DNA of 64,000 nucleotides from Candidatus Nealsonbacteria bacterium (GTDB lineage Bacteria; Patescibacteriota; Minisyncoccia; Minisyncoccales; JANBVM01): NCBI GenBank assembly GCA_026016225.1, contig CP061210.1, positions 517,882 to 581,881 of the forward strand, read 5' to 3'. Shown piece by piece: positions 1 to 9,428 of this stretch (position 1 is its first letter; each line of letters starts with the position of its first letter). The notes under the pieces were generated by a model. It saw only the letters and a program-made list of their open reading frames with translations, ran no database searches and was not told where the DNA came from. The position numbers and the translations under genes were made by a program.

Positions 1-85
1 TCTCGAATTCGTTTGCTTCATTAATTATATTTCCGAGCTTATCAGCTTTTTTACAACAACCAATGCAAGCATCTATTTCAAACAT
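1..85 (-). CDS. Partial hypothetical protein; N-terminus only, gene runs off the left edge
   Basis: Minus-strand ATG at about 83-85 with open frame to window edge (MFEIDACIGCCKKADKLGNIINEANEFE...). No recognisable family. Confidence 0.2.
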   Translation of the reverse strand, partial: MFEIDACIGCCKKADKLGNIINEANEFE

Positions 86-250
86 TTGTTCAGCTTTTCT
101 TACTATCTCTTTTTGTATATTCTTTATTTCTTCAATAACTTTATTTGTTTTATTTGTGATGTAAAATCACCTTCTACTTTTTTTATATTTTTTATAAAAG
201 AACTATTAGTATTTCTATTATACAATATTATTTAATTTTATCAACTCTTT

Positions 251-952
251 TTAATTCTGGATTATTCTTACCCAACGGTATTTTTTGAATTGGTCTTTGA
301 AAAATCTAAAATCCTTATATCCTTCTTTTTCTAAAATATTTTTAACTTCTGTTTTTTGTAAAGGGTCAAATTCAAGATAAGCTATACCTCTTTTCTTCAA
401 GAATTTTTTAGCTTCTTTTAGAAACTTTTTAATATAATGTAATCCTTTCTTCCCTGCCAAAAAAGTTGTTTTTGGTTCATATTTTAAAACTGAATTTTGC
501 ACTTCTTTTAACCGTTCCTCTGCTACATAGGGCGGATTAGCAAAAATAAAATCATACCCCTCCCCTTTTAGTTTCTCAAATAAATTTGAACGATAAATTT
601 TATATTTCTTTGAAGAAATCTTGTTAATTTTTAAATTTATTTTAATCTGAAAAATCGCTTTTTTATTATTATCCACAAAGTCCACAAAGCTATTTTTAAT
701 ATTCTTTAAAATGGCAATTCCTATACAACCTGACCCGGCGAATATATCTAAGATTTCTAAATTTTTAACTTTTAATTTTGAATTTTTTATTTCTTTTATA
801 GCTCTTTTTACCCAGTATTCAGTTTCGATTCTGGGAATGAAAGGTCTTTTTGATAAATCAATCTTACATCCTAAAAAATCTACAAAACCTTTTTTATACT
901 CACGGGGAACGGGAATATCGCTCGAGATATATTCAGCTGGAGTCTTTGTCAT
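251..952 (-). CDS. prmC: Release-factor glutamine N5-methyltransferase (HemK/PrmC family)
   Basis: 233 aa. SAM-binding motif DIFAGSGCIG and catalytic NPPY motif (FANPPYV) typical of HemK/PrmC. Confidence 0.75.
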   Translation of the reverse strand: MTKTPAEYISSDIPVPREYKKGFVDFLGCKIDLSKRPFIPRIETEYWVKRAIKEIKNSKLKVKNLEILDIFAGSGCIGIAILKNIKNSFVDFVDNNKKAIFQIKINLKINKISSKKYKIYRSNLFEKLKGEGYDFIFANPPYVAEERLKEVQNSVLKYEPKTTFLAGKKGLHYIKKFLKEAKKFLKKRGIAYLEFDPLQKTEVKNILEKEGYKDFRFFKDQFKKYRWVRIIQN

Positions 953-1289
953 GTTGTTTTAACTTCTCTAATTCACAAAGTGTGTCTTCAGGTATTGGAG
1001 GTGGCTTTCCTTTAGGGCTTATACCGGGATAACGCCAGCTACTAATTATTTTAATTACTTTTTTCTTTTTTGAGATTACCCGCTGGTACATTAACCAAAT
1101 TTCTGTTGGATGTTTTTTAGTTCCCATTCTTTGCATCACCGCAATTGTCTGAGGAGCTATTCCAAGCTCTTTTCTGTCTGGATTCCTCAAAACTCTTTTT
1201 AATCTTTTTTCAGATAAACTATAATATCTCATTTTACTCTTTGCATGCTTTGTCCAGTGGATTTTTTCTTCATTTTTAATTAATTTCAT
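933..1289 (-). CDS. Hypothetical basic protein
   Basis: 118 aa ORF, Lys/Arg-rich, no confident family assignment. Overlaps prmC start by about 20 nt. Confidence 0.35.
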   Translation of the reverse strand: MKLIKNEEKIHWTKHAKSKMRYYSLSEKRLKRVLRNPDRKELGIAPQTIAVMQRMGTKKHPTEIWLMYQRVISKKKKVIKIISSWRYPGISPKGKPPPIPEDTLCELEKLKQHDKDSS

Positions 1290-1291
1290 TA

Positions 1292-1810
1292 TTAGAGTTC
1301 TTTTTTAATAATCTCATCTAAATTTTTTCTTCCAGTTTTACGGGGCTCCTCATCAGCAAAACCCGTAGGAATTATTGCAATAGGTTTTATTTCTTGTGAT
1401 AAGTCTAAAATATCTTTTATTTCATCTTCCTTAAAAGCTCCAACCCAGCAAGAAGCAAGACCTAAATTAGTTATAGCTAACTGCAAATAGGAGGTAAAGA
1501 TAGTAGCATCTTGAATTGAATAAAGCAATCTACCTCTTTTCCCATATTTTTGAGCAGATTCTTCCAAGTTGGCACAAACTACAAATACAAGGGGGGCTTT
1601 AGCAATAAAACGCTGGTTTAGGGCAGCTTCTGATATTTTCTCTTTTATATTTTTATTTTTGATAATTATCACGCTTCTTGCCTGTAGATTTCCGGTAGAA
1701 GGAGATAGATTCGCCATCTCTAAAATTTTTTCAATAATTTTACCTGGAATTTTTTTCTCCTGAAACTCTCTAATTGAATGTCGTTTTTTTAAAACTTTTT
1801 CAAACTCCAT
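1292..1810 (-). CDS. Nitroreductase family protein
   Basis: 172 aa. N-terminal RHSIREF and central GNLQ motifs typical of the NADH/FMN nitroreductase fold. Confidence 0.7.
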   Translation of the reverse strand: MEFEKVLKKRHSIREFQEKKIPGKIIEKILEMANLSPSTGNLQARSVIIIKNKNIKEKISEAALNQRFIAKAPLVFVVCANLEESAQKYGKRGRLLYSIQDATIFTSYLQLAITNLGLASCWVGAFKEDEIKDILDLSQEIKPIAIIPTGFADEEPRKTGRKNLDEIIKKEL

Positions 1811-1840
1811 GTTATTCTAATAAAATTTTAGCTTCCTCTT

Positions 1841-2386
1841 TCATAGATAGACTTTAACTCTAAAGATATCGCCGTGACCGGGATAAATCCTCATTCCAGG
1901 TTTTAATAATTTTTTCAATTTCTTTAAAGAGTTATCTAAGTCTTCCCAAGAACCACCTTTAAGATCTGTTCTGCCGTATCCATCTTTAAAAATAGTATCG
2001 CCTGTTAAAGCAAAATCTTTTCCCAAAAGACAGATACTTCCAGGGCTGTGTCCCGGAGTATGAATGACTTTTAAAACGGTATCGCCTATTTTTATTTTCT
2101 CTCCTCCTTTCAAAAAACCACCTGGCTTAAAAGAAATAAAGCTCTTTTCAGCTTCGTGGATTAAAATTTTAGCTCCTGTTTCTTTTTTCATCTCTTTATT
2201 AGCTCCTGTGTGGTCGGGATGATAATGAGTGTTAATAATATATTCTGGTTTAGCTCCTGTTTTTTTAATTTCATCTAAAATCTTTTCTGGTTCTGACCCG
2301 GGGTCAACGATTATCATTTCCTTTCCCGCAATCAATAAATAACAATTCGTATCAAGAGCTCCTACTTTAAGACGTTTAATCTCCAT
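1841..2386 (-). CDS. MBL-fold metallo-hydrolase (hydroxyacylglutathione hydrolase-like)
   Basis: 181 aa with HYHPDHTG metal-binding motif and downstream HTPGHSPG and GDTIF motifs of the beta-lactamase fold. Confidence 0.75.
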   Translation of the reverse strand: MEIKRLKVGALDTNCYLLIAGKEMIIVDPGSEPEKILDEIKKTGAKPEYIINTHYHPDHTGANKEMKKETGAKILIHEAEKSFISFKPGGFLKGGEKIKIGDTVLKVIHTPGHSPGSICLLGKDFALTGDTIFKDGYGRTDLKGGSWEDLDNSLKKLKKLLKPGMRIYPGHGDIFRVKVYL

Positions 2387-2447
2387 AAGTTTAGAAGAGT
2401 TTTTTTATTATTTAACTTTGCATCTTTTTTGGTTCTAATACTCTCTT

Positions 2448-2585
2448 TTATGCTTTTTTCTGTTCTTTCTCTCTTAAACGTCTCATTGCTTCTCTGGCTT
2501 TATTAGCAGTCGGAAAGGTTTTTTTCTTTTTCCATTTTCCTCTCACTTTTTTATGTAATGTTTTTTTAAATCTTCGATAAGGCAT
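2448..2585 (-). CDS. Small highly basic protein (45 aa), hypothetical
   Basis: Minus-strand ORF MPYRRFKKTLHKKVRGKWKKKKTFPTANKAREAMRRLREKEQKKA. Not in the ORF track (under 60 aa). Composition resembles small ribosomal or nucleic-acid-binding proteins, but no family recognised. Confidence 0.25.
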   Translation of the reverse strand: MPYRRFKKTLHKKVRGKWKKKKTFPTANKAREAMRRLREKEQKKA

Positions 2586-2672
2586 GTTATTTTAAAAAAG
2601 TTAACATATCGCTAATTTAACAAAATAAGAAATAAATATCAAACAGAATAACCTAAATATTATTTTGTCTCT

Positions 2673-4166
2673 TTACTCTGATATAAGCCGAATATCGGCA
2701 AATTTTTGGAGCCGGGCAATATTTTTAAATCCTTGTTTCTGAAGACCCTGTTTAACTCCTGCTATAAGTTTTGGTAAAAAACTATGACCTGAACCTCGAT
2801 AGGGCGCTTTCATCACCTTACCTTCTGCAACTCTAACTTTTACCTTATCAACCGCATATCTTACAGCAGACCTTTGTTTCATTGCTTCCAGAGACCCCAT
2901 TCCTCTATATCTTTTTATCATTCTATTTTCCTCAAAATCAAATTCTGCTTCTCCCGGTGATTCATCAAGCCCCGCTAACAAAGAACCCATCATGCAAGTT
3001 TGAGCACCCAAAGCCAATGCTTTTGTTATGTCTCCTGGTTTAGAAACATCATTTTGAAATACGCCATCTGCTACCTTAATGCCACCATCTGCAATTATTG
3101 GCATTAATCCATATTTTTTCTTTAGTCTCTTAGCTTCCCGGGCGCAATCCCAGACAGCCGAAGCTTGGGCTCTTCCTGTTCCAAGCTCTTGCTGGGTAAT
3201 GCAGGCAGCTCCGGGCCCTATTCCCACTTTTAAAGCATCGCAATATTTGGAAGCTTTCTTAATTATCTCTCTTACCATTTCAGCTGAGTCTACGTTGCCC
3301 AAAACTATTTGGATTTTAGGAAAATTCTTTTTTGCCCATCTGGCTATTTCAAGCTGTTCTTTAAAAACAACACTGGCATCAATAACAATTCCATCAACGC
3401 CTGCCTCAAAACCTTTACTGATTCTTTCTTTGGCAAGCTTTAACCTTGACTCAACAGCAATAAAGGTTCTCAGCTGCTTATTTTTATTTTTTGTTGCTAA
3501 GGGGAACTGTTCGTTTTTTTTCAAATCACTGTCTGTTACTAAAGCTACCACCTTATCTTTTTCATCAACAATTGGTAAGGTATCAACATTATATCTTCTA
3601 ATTATTTCATTTGCCTTATCTAAATCATTTTTAGCTACTGTATCTTTTTCAAAAGCAGCTTTTAATTTATTTCTCGGTGTCATTACCTTTTTTAATCTTG
3701 TGTTCATATCATCTCTGAATCTCACATCTCTATGAGTGACAATCCCCACTAATTTTGAATTTAAAGTTCCATCTTTTGTTATAGGTACGCTGAAAAATCC
3801 GTATTTATCATTAATGTCATAAACATCTCCAATTGTATGATTGGGAGATAAAACTATGGGATTGTAAACAAATCCTGCTTCGAATCTTTTCACTCTTTCT
3901 ACCTCTTCAATTTGTTCATCAATGGTTTGATAATTGTAATGGATGACCCCGATACCGCCATACAAAGCCATCAAAATTGCCATCTCAAAGCCCGTAACCG
4001 TATCCATAGGTGAAGAAACAAGTGGAGCTTTAAGAACTATTTTTTTGGTAAAAAGAGTAGTTAAATCAACCTCATCTCTTTCAAAATCAGGCAATCTATT
4101 GGGAATTAAGGTAATATCTTTGTACCAAAATTCTTTATTTTTCAAATCTTTGTGTAGCTTTGCCAT
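2673..4166 (-). CDS. guaB: Inosine-5'-monophosphate dehydrogenase
   Basis: 497 aa. IMPDH/GMPR catalytic loop GIGPGAACITQQELGTGRAQASAV and inserted CBS-domain region. Length typical of IMPDH. Confidence 0.85.
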   Translation of the reverse strand: MAKLHKDLKNKEFWYKDITLIPNRLPDFERDEVDLTTLFTKKIVLKAPLVSSPMDTVTGFEMAILMALYGGIGVIHYNYQTIDEQIEEVERVKRFEAGFVYNPIVLSPNHTIGDVYDINDKYGFFSVPITKDGTLNSKLVGIVTHRDVRFRDDMNTRLKKVMTPRNKLKAAFEKDTVAKNDLDKANEIIRRYNVDTLPIVDEKDKVVALVTDSDLKKNEQFPLATKNKNKQLRTFIAVESRLKLAKERISKGFEAGVDGIVIDASVVFKEQLEIARWAKKNFPKIQIVLGNVDSAEMVREIIKKASKYCDALKVGIGPGAACITQQELGTGRAQASAVWDCAREAKRLKKKYGLMPIIADGGIKVADGVFQNDVSKPGDITKALALGAQTCMMGSLLAGLDESPGEAEFDFEENRMIKRYRGMGSLEAMKQRSAVRYAVDKVKVRVAEGKVMKAPYRGSGHSFLPKLIAGVKQGLQKQGFKNIARLQKFADIRLISE

Positions 4167-4209
4167 ATTTTATTCTATCATTTTCTTAAATTTTCTCAAT
4201 CATTTTATT

Positions 4210-4249
4210 AAAAAATCGCCTCCGCCAGAAGGCGGAGAGGCGATTTTTC
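4210..4249. terminator. Palindromic element AAAAAATCGCC-TCCGCC-AGAA-GGCGGAGAGGCGATTTTT (bidirectional terminator-like hairpin)
   Basis: Long GC stem flanked by an A-run and a T-run. Lies between the end of gene 4276..4647 and the guaB start. Member of the recurring AAAAATCGCCC...GGGCGATTTTT family. Confidence 0.5.
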
Positions 4250-4275
4250 TGTTTTAAGCATTATGTAGGTAGCTT

Positions 4276-4647
4276 TTATTCTCCTGAAGATTCTTTCTTT
4301 TCTTCCTCTTCTCCTATCTCTAATTCTTGTTTCAGTACGTCTTTCACCTTTTCTTGTTGTTCCTTCGAGAGTTTACTAAAAGGGATATTTTCTTTTTCCT
4401 TCTTTAACTCTTCCTTTGCTGCTTTTTCTAATCTATCTTTTTCTGCTTCGGCTATTTTTATCTTTTTTTCAAACTCTCTTATCTCTTCTTTGTCCGCTCC
4501 TAAATTCTTAAGTTTTTTCTTCTCTCTTTTCCACTTTTCTATTTTTTCCTGCGTTAATGCTAAAACATTCCATAGTGATTCTGGGGCCTCTTTGGAGTTT
4601 TCTTCTGGTCTTTCACCAATTCCTGGTTCTTTTAGTTCTCCTGACAT
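4276..4647 (-). CDS. Hypothetical Lys/Glu-rich coiled-coil protein
   Basis: 123 aa, low-complexity KE-rich, no family. Confidence 0.35.
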   Translation of the reverse strand: MSGELKEPGIGERPEENSKEAPESLWNVLALTQEKIEKWKREKKKLKNLGADKEEIREFEKKIKIAEAEKDRLEKAAKEELKKEKENIPFSKLSKEQQEKVKDVLKQELEIGEEEEKKESSGE

Positions 4648-4730
4648 ATTTTTATTATTTTGTCTTTTCTCAATTACGACCTTTGTATATTCCTTCTCTA
4701 TTTCAAGAATAACCTTATTTCCTCAAAAGT

Positions 4731-5174
4731 TCAAGATAAAATTTTCGTATCTGGCCAGAATAACTTCAAGTCTCGCAAAAATATCCTAACAGTAACAAGT
4801 CCTATTCCTTTAAATTCTTTCAGTCTTCTTTCCAAATCCTTTTTGCTTTTTGCTTTTTTAAAAAGAGTATCCAAACTTCCATACTCTTTTTTTAATTTCT
4901 TACAAATATTCAATAATTTTGTAGCAGTAGAAAAATCGTAACGCACATAATGACCTTTATCTAAAATCTTAACGAGTTTATCCCAGCCAGCCTTTAAAAT
5001 CTTTTCTGGAGTTAATATTTTCTCCTTTTCAAATTCAAAATAAGCTCTTTTGGCAACTCCTTGTTGAATTGGTTTTCCAAAGAGCAAACAAGCCAAAAAC
5101 CATTTAAAGAGTTCTTCTTCTTTTCCTGATTTGAGATTAATCCCTAAATCCTTAGAATAAATTTTCTTTCTCAT
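4731..5174 (-). CDS. HhH-GPD-like base-excision repair glycosylase, apparently truncated
   Basis: 147 aa. C-terminal helix-hairpin-helix LKEFKGIGLVTVRIFL followed by FWPDT. ORF stops just before the position where the catalytic Asp region would be expected. Confidence 0.3.
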   Translation of the reverse strand: MRKKIYSKDLGINLKSGKEEELFKWFLACLLFGKPIQQGVAKRAYFEFEKEKILTPEKILKAGWDKLVKILDKGHYVRYDFSTATKLLNICKKLKKEYGSLDTLFKKAKSKKDLERRLKEFKGIGLVTVRIFLRDLKLFWPDTKILS

Positions 5175-5578
5175 AGATAAAGTTTATTTCTGCTTTCAAT
5201 ATATATTATTTTTTGAAAAATTTAAAAAAACTGAGATAAAAAACTCAGTTTAAGGTAGGAATCCTCTTTAACTTAATTACTTGAATTAAGTTTTTGTGCG
5301 AAAGGCTCAAATTGAGCCAATAAGATTAGAAAACAAAGCATCCACTTTAACAATAAAAGCTCAAAGAAATAAAGATAGAAAAAAAGTAAATCAGGTTAAA
5401 GGTTGAGGTTTTCATTATTATTCCCTTACACGACAAGAAGATTCCTTAAGAACCAATTCCATAGTAGCTTTTGAAAAAAATGAAGTCAAGGTTTTTGAAA
5501 ATCAAAAAATATCTCTATTTCCCGAGAAATTTATTCTAATTTTTAAATTTAACTATCTAATTATTTTTGATTTAAAGT

Positions 5579-5728
5579 ATCTTTCCTGAAAGTTCGTTAA
5601 GTTTTTAATTTCCTCATCACTAAAACCTTTTCCTTTAGGCGCTATTACCAATTTATCCTCATTATTATCTATTCTATGTATGATAGCAATTACTACTCCC
5701 TTGAACTCTTTAATTGTCATACAGTTTC
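5579..5728 (-). CDS. Small hypothetical protein (about 49 aa)
   Basis: Minus ORF MTIKEFKGVVIAIIHRIDNNEDKLVIAPKGKGFSDEEIKNLTNFQERYFK, immediately upstream of the rdgB-like gene. Not in track. Confidence 0.2.
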
Positions 5729-6339
5729 TAAGCTAAAATTTCCTTTAAAATTGGTAAAGCTTTTTTTAAAGCTATAGTTCTATGGGAAAACTCCGCCTTC
5801 TCCTCTCTGGTTAATTTTACAAAAACCTTCTTTTTTTCTGGAAGATAAAAAATAGAGTCAAATGGAAAACCTCTCCAAATCACCCTCTGCCTATTTTCTG
5901 AAATAAATCCTCTCCTTTTTCCCTCGTACGTATAAATTTTATCTTTATAAGCTAAAGCTATTACTACCTTGTACTTAGCCACTCTTTCCTTAAAAGGAAT
6001 ACCTTCTAATCGATTCAGTACAATCTCAATTAGTTTTTTATCTGAAGCTTCGTATCCATTAGCTCTTCTACTCTTTACTCCCGGCCAGCCACCTAAAGCT
6101 TCAATCTCTAACCCAGAGTCATCAGCCAAAATTGGCAAATCTGAAAATTGAGAGTAAAATTTTGCCTTCAAAACAGCGTTCTCTTTATAACTATTTCCAG
6201 ACTCTTCAACTTTTTCTTTAATTCCTAAATCTTTTAATGCAACTAACTCAACTTTTAAACCATTCAAAAAAGCACCAAATATGATTTGATACTCTTTAAA
6301 TTTTCCAATATTATGAGTTGCAATTAGAAGTTTTTTCAT
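5728..6339 (-). CDS. rdgB: Non-canonical purine NTP pyrophosphatase (RdgB/Ham1 family)
   Basis: 203 aa. N-terminal IATHNIGKFKE and SGNSYKENA motifs characteristic of the Ham1/RdgB ITPase family. Confidence 0.7.
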   Translation of the reverse strand: MKKLLIATHNIGKFKEYQIIFGAFLNGLKVELVALKDLGIKEKVEESGNSYKENAVLKAKFYSQFSDLPILADDSGLEIEALGGWPGVKSRRANGYEASDKKLIEIVLNRLEGIPFKERVAKYKVVIALAYKDKIYTYEGKRRGFISENRQRVIWRGFPFDSIFYLPEKKKVFVKLTREEKAEFSHRTIALKKALPILKEILA

Positions 6340-6390
6340 AGCTTTACTAGATTTTATATTTTACCAAAATCGCCCAGAAGACAATCAAAA

Positions 6391-6990
6391 TTATTTTATT
6401 CTTTTTACAAACTCAGTAATTATATTTTGATAGCCTTCTTTCTGAACAATTTGCCACGATCTTTTATAATCACTAATGGGAAGAGAATCAATATCTCTTT
6501 TCAATCTTTTTTTATCATAGAATTTTAGATAAATGTGAGAATGAATTGCGTGTAAAAGTATATGATGCTTTGTTTTTCCTGACTCTTTTTTATATTTTCG
6601 GTAAATATATTCCCAGCCTTTTTCCGTTCTCTTATAATTCTGATAAAAAAGATTGTGAATTAGTTCATGAATTAAAACATCAATAAAATAATCTTCTGGA
6701 TAATTTTCATAAACAGACATAGTTAAAGGAACAGAAAAAGGCCTGCACTTCCCTACCACATAACAGATAATAGATTTTTCTTTCCATTGCAGATGGGTAA
6801 TCTTAGAAAGTTCTTGTAGAACTTTTTTCTCTTCCTTTCTCCATAATCTCTCTATCTTTTTAATGTAATTTAAAATCTTCCTTGTAGAAGGGTAATTCTT
6901 AACTTTTTTCTTATAAATCTTTATCCATTCTTTCCAATTTTGGTCATAAATCCAAGAATATTTAAAAACTATTTTCGGATAATTTTTCAT
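6391..6990 (-). CDS. Putative zinc-dependent hydrolase with HExxH motif (DUF45/YgjP-like?)
   Basis: 199 aa, motif VLIHELIHNLFY. No further family support. Confidence 0.35.
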   Translation of the reverse strand: MKNYPKIVFKYSWIYDQNWKEWIKIYKKKVKNYPSTRKILNYIKKIERLWRKEEKKVLQELSKITHLQWKEKSIICYVVGKCRPFSVPLTMSVYENYPEDYFIDVLIHELIHNLFYQNYKRTEKGWEYIYRKYKKESGKTKHHILLHAIHSHIYLKFYDKKRLKRDIDSLPISDYKRSWQIVQKEGYQNIITEFVKRIK

Positions 6991-7004
6991 TATTCTATCT
7001 TATC

Positions 7005-7058
7005 AAAAAATCGCCCGCTTGTCCGCCGAAGCTTCAGCGAAGGTGAAAGGGCGATTTA
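7005..7058. terminator. Palindromic element AAAAAATCGCCC...GGGCGATTT with internal hairpin
   Basis: Same family as 4210, 9402, 19882 and 24354. On the minus strand it is followed by TTTTTGATAAGATAGAATAATG, i.e. directly abuts the start codon of gene 6391..6990. Confidence 0.45.
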
Positions 7059-7141
7059 TTGCTTCAATTTATTTAAAAAAATAAAAAATGCCTACTTGGT
7101 ATAAGAACCTTTCGGCTTTTAAAGTTTATAGGCCATCTTTC

Positions 7142-7612
7142 TCAAGTAGAAACCAAAGTAAATCCCTCTTTTCTTAAAAATTGCACTAGATTTACCCAAC
7201 TTATGTTTTTTAAAGATAAAGAATATCTTCCGTATTTTCTTTCCATATTCATTTTGACATCTACTATACCGAAAAATTTAGCTATCTTTAAAGGAATATC
7301 AACGTAAGGACTTTGTTCAGTTAGAAAATCGTAGGTCTTTTTATACACTTTGATATACTCTATACAGTTTATTACTTCTGGGTAGGTTAATCCTTCTTTG
7401 TATATTAATCCCCCGTATTTTAATCTCCCGTTTTCGCACTTCCAGCCTTTCTTTTCCAACTCCTCACATACTTTATGTTTGGATCCATCTTTACAAATAG
7501 GAAATGGTAAAAAAATGGAGTATTTTATTTTTTTATCATCATATACCTCTATCTTTTCTCGCCATAGATGCTCTTTCCTTTCTCCTTTGATAAATTCATA
7601 CAATAATTTCAT
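7142..7612 (-). CDS. Hypothetical protein
   Basis: 156 aa ORF, no recognisable family. Confidence 0.35.
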   Translation of the reverse strand: MKLLYEFIKGERKEHLWREKIEVYDDKKIKYSIFLPFPICKDGSKHKVCEELEKKGWKCENGRLKYGGLIYKEGLTYPEVINCIEYIKVYKKTYDFLTEQSPYVDIPLKIAKFFGIVDVKMNMERKYGRYSLSLKNISWVNLVQFLRKEGFTLVST

Positions 7613-7770
7613 TTCAATTCCTCTCTTTTTATATTTTTTTCTAATTTCCTTCTATTTTTATAAGTGTTCTATTTTTACCCTAACAAGCTCTATAAAAAAA
7701 TCAAGTCCGAGAAAAACTCCTAAATAAAAAAAAGGAGATGCATTATGCTCTCCAGTACCTGCTTTATAAC

Positions 7771-8214
7771 TCAGAATTCAAGAGGAACGATTGAACTTAC
7801 GGATTGGGTATTAATAATTTCTTGTAGAATTTCTTCAGTTCTTTTACTAAACCGCAAGGCTCTCGTTATTATAGCCCTTAAGATGCAGACTTCTTCAGGA
7901 TCTCTTGTACAGAAAGCAGAAAACTCTGCCCACTCTAAGAGACGTATTAATTCTTCTACTGGTAGTTCTTTTTTAAGACTATCCCAAACCTTATCTTTTT
8001 CAGACTTGATTTTAACCAACATTTCTTCAATGCAGACAATGCAGGCACTGGTACCATCTTCAAACCCTCTGTGTGGCCTATCATGTTTTTTACAATATGT
8101 AGGCGATTTCCTTGCACATTCTAAACAAGCTAAAGTACACAAACTTCCGTCTTGTCTCTTTACAGGCAGTATTACAATCTCTTCTGAATCTTTTCCACAA
8201 ATCTCACATGACAT
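7771..8214 (-). CDS. Cysteine-rich hypothetical protein (putative zinc-binding)
   Basis: 147 aa with CEICG...CTLACLECARKSPTYCKKH...CIVCIEE motif, at least three CxxC pairs. Confidence 0.4.
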   Translation of the reverse strand: MSCEICGKDSEEIVILPVKRQDGSLCTLACLECARKSPTYCKKHDRPHRGFEDGTSACIVCIEEMLVKIKSEKDKVWDSLKKELPVEELIRLLEWAEFSAFCTRDPEEVCILRAIITRALRFSKRTEEILQEIINTQSVSSIVPLEF

Positions 8215-8369
8215 AATCTTCCAACCTTTTTTCTTAATTATACATATTCTTTAATCTAAATAACTAAATTAAGTTTAATAAAATTAAACTATTTGTCAAT
8301 AAAATCTTATTCCTTATTTTTTTCTCTTTTTAAAGGGTCCTATCCCCAAATCTCTACAAATTTTCTTTG

Positions 8370-8513
8370 CTAAAAAATTATCAATCTCTTTGTGACGAGG
8401 AACGTCGAAGTTTTCTTTATTAAAGGATTAAAAAAGACGCTATGTCTTGCGCCTTCTCTAATGAAAATGCATCCATTTCTAATAAGATGCCTAATCAAAT
8501 CTTTGCGTTTCAT
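8370..8513 (-). CDS. hicA: HicA-family mRNA interferase toxin (unannotated small ORF, 47 aa)
   Basis: Minus ORF MKRKDLIRHLIRNGCIFIREGARHSVFFNPLIKKTSTFLVTKRLIIF. N-terminal K-x-DLI-x-L-x-NG-x-REGxxH matches the HicA pattern. Its ATG overlaps the hicB TGA stop (ATGA). Confidence 0.5.
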   Translation of the reverse strand: MKRKDLIRHLIRNGCIFIREGARHSVFFNPLIKKTSTFLVTKRLIIF

Positions 8514-8734
8514 TTTAAAGAAATTGATAATGGCTCACGAATAACTTTCCCTTTAGGAGTTTCTTTTTTATTAAGAACCCGATTTGTTTCTAAAATTAAC
8601 AAGAGGGCATCTTTAAGATTTTCTTTTACCTCTTTAAGGGTTTTTCCCTGGGTGTTAACTCCTGGAATTTCTTCCACCCATCCCAAATACCATTTTCCTC
8701 TTTTTTTATAAATCGCTGTAAATTGTCTTTTCAT
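8510..8734 (-). CDS. hicB: HicB-family antitoxin (UPF0150)
   Basis: 74 aa. YLGWVEEIPGVNTQGKTLKEVKENLKDAL is the hallmark of HicB/UPF0150 antitoxins. Confidence 0.7.
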   Translation of the reverse strand: MKRQFTAIYKKRGKWYLGWVEEIPGVNTQGKTLKEVKENLKDALLLILETNRVLNKKETPKGKVIREPLSISLK

Positions 8735-8831
8735 ACAATTTTATCATATTACCTTCAAGTCAGATGTCAACCTTCGCCTGCGGGTAAAAATATCTTGAAT
8801 GATATTAATCCTCCGCCACCTCCACAAATTT

Positions 8832-9395
8832 TTAATTGGGGTAAACGCTTAATAATTTCTTCCAAGCTTCGTAAAGAGAAGTAATTTCTTTTTGTAATTC
8901 TGGTAACAAGCCAATATCTCTATAGTCTCTTTCAAGTTTTGTAAGAACGAAATCTTTTGAGTATCTTGAGGCCATGTCTATATAACAAAAGTCAGTCATG
9001 TGGCTTACAGAATCAACTGCTGCCAAAATCTTTGCCTCTAAGCTTTCTGGTTGAATGTCTTTACATCTATGGGCTCTTACACAATGAGCAACCTTTCCGA
9101 TTTTCTCAGGTGCCATTCCTATTGCTCTAAGAAAACGCTTTGCCTCAGCTTCAGACTTAACAGCGTGGTCGTCATTATCATCTCCAATTGCCTGTCCAAT
9201 ATCATGAAGCCATACAGATAATAAAACCACTTTTTCATCTGCTTTTGGGTATTTTTGTAGAATTTTCTTTGCCCACCTTTCAACTTCAGCAACATGTCTT
9301 GGAAGATAAGAGTATATAGGATTTTTCTTCTTTTCAAAAGTTTCTAAAAAGTGAGTTTTTACTTTTTCTATAATCTCATTTTTCATATATCCCAT
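8832..9395 (-). CDS. HD-domain phosphohydrolase (copy 1)
   Basis: 187 aa with LLSVWLHDIGQ HD motif. About 95 percent identical at protein level to the ORF at 19312..19875. Confidence 0.7.
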   Translation of the reverse strand: MGYMKNEIIEKVKTHFLETFEKKKNPIYSYLPRHVAEVERWAKKILQKYPKADEKVVLLSVWLHDIGQAIGDDNDDHAVKSEAEAKRFLRAIGMAPEKIGKVAHCVRAHRCKDIQPESLEAKILAAVDSVSHMTDFCYIDMASRYSKDFVLTKLERDYRDIGLLPELQKEITSLYEAWKKLLSVYPN

Positions 9396-9401
9396 TCTAC
9401 C

Positions 9402-9428
9402 AAAAAATCACCCGCAGGGCGATTTTTT
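9402..9428. terminator. Palindromic element AAAAAATCACCC-GCA-GGGCGATTTTTT
   Basis: GC stem with A/T runs both sides. On the minus strand it is followed by GGTAGAATGGGATATATG, an extended -10-like TGGTAGAAT box reaching into the first Met codon of the ORF. Confidence 0.45.

Noticed and set aside
3079-3735. 218-aa plus-strand ORF inside guaB (similar antisense ORFs at 7745..8254, 39060..39695, 20731..21081, 28955..29260)
   Set aside because: Shadow ORFs antisense to well-supported conserved genes. Serine/leucine/phenylalanine-rich translations typical of AT-rich antisense frames.
9119-9337. 72-aa ORF nested in the HD-domain gene (and identical copy at 19599..19817)
   Set aside because: Same-strand alternative frame inside a conserved HD-domain gene. 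Its duplication is simply a by-product of the gene duplication.
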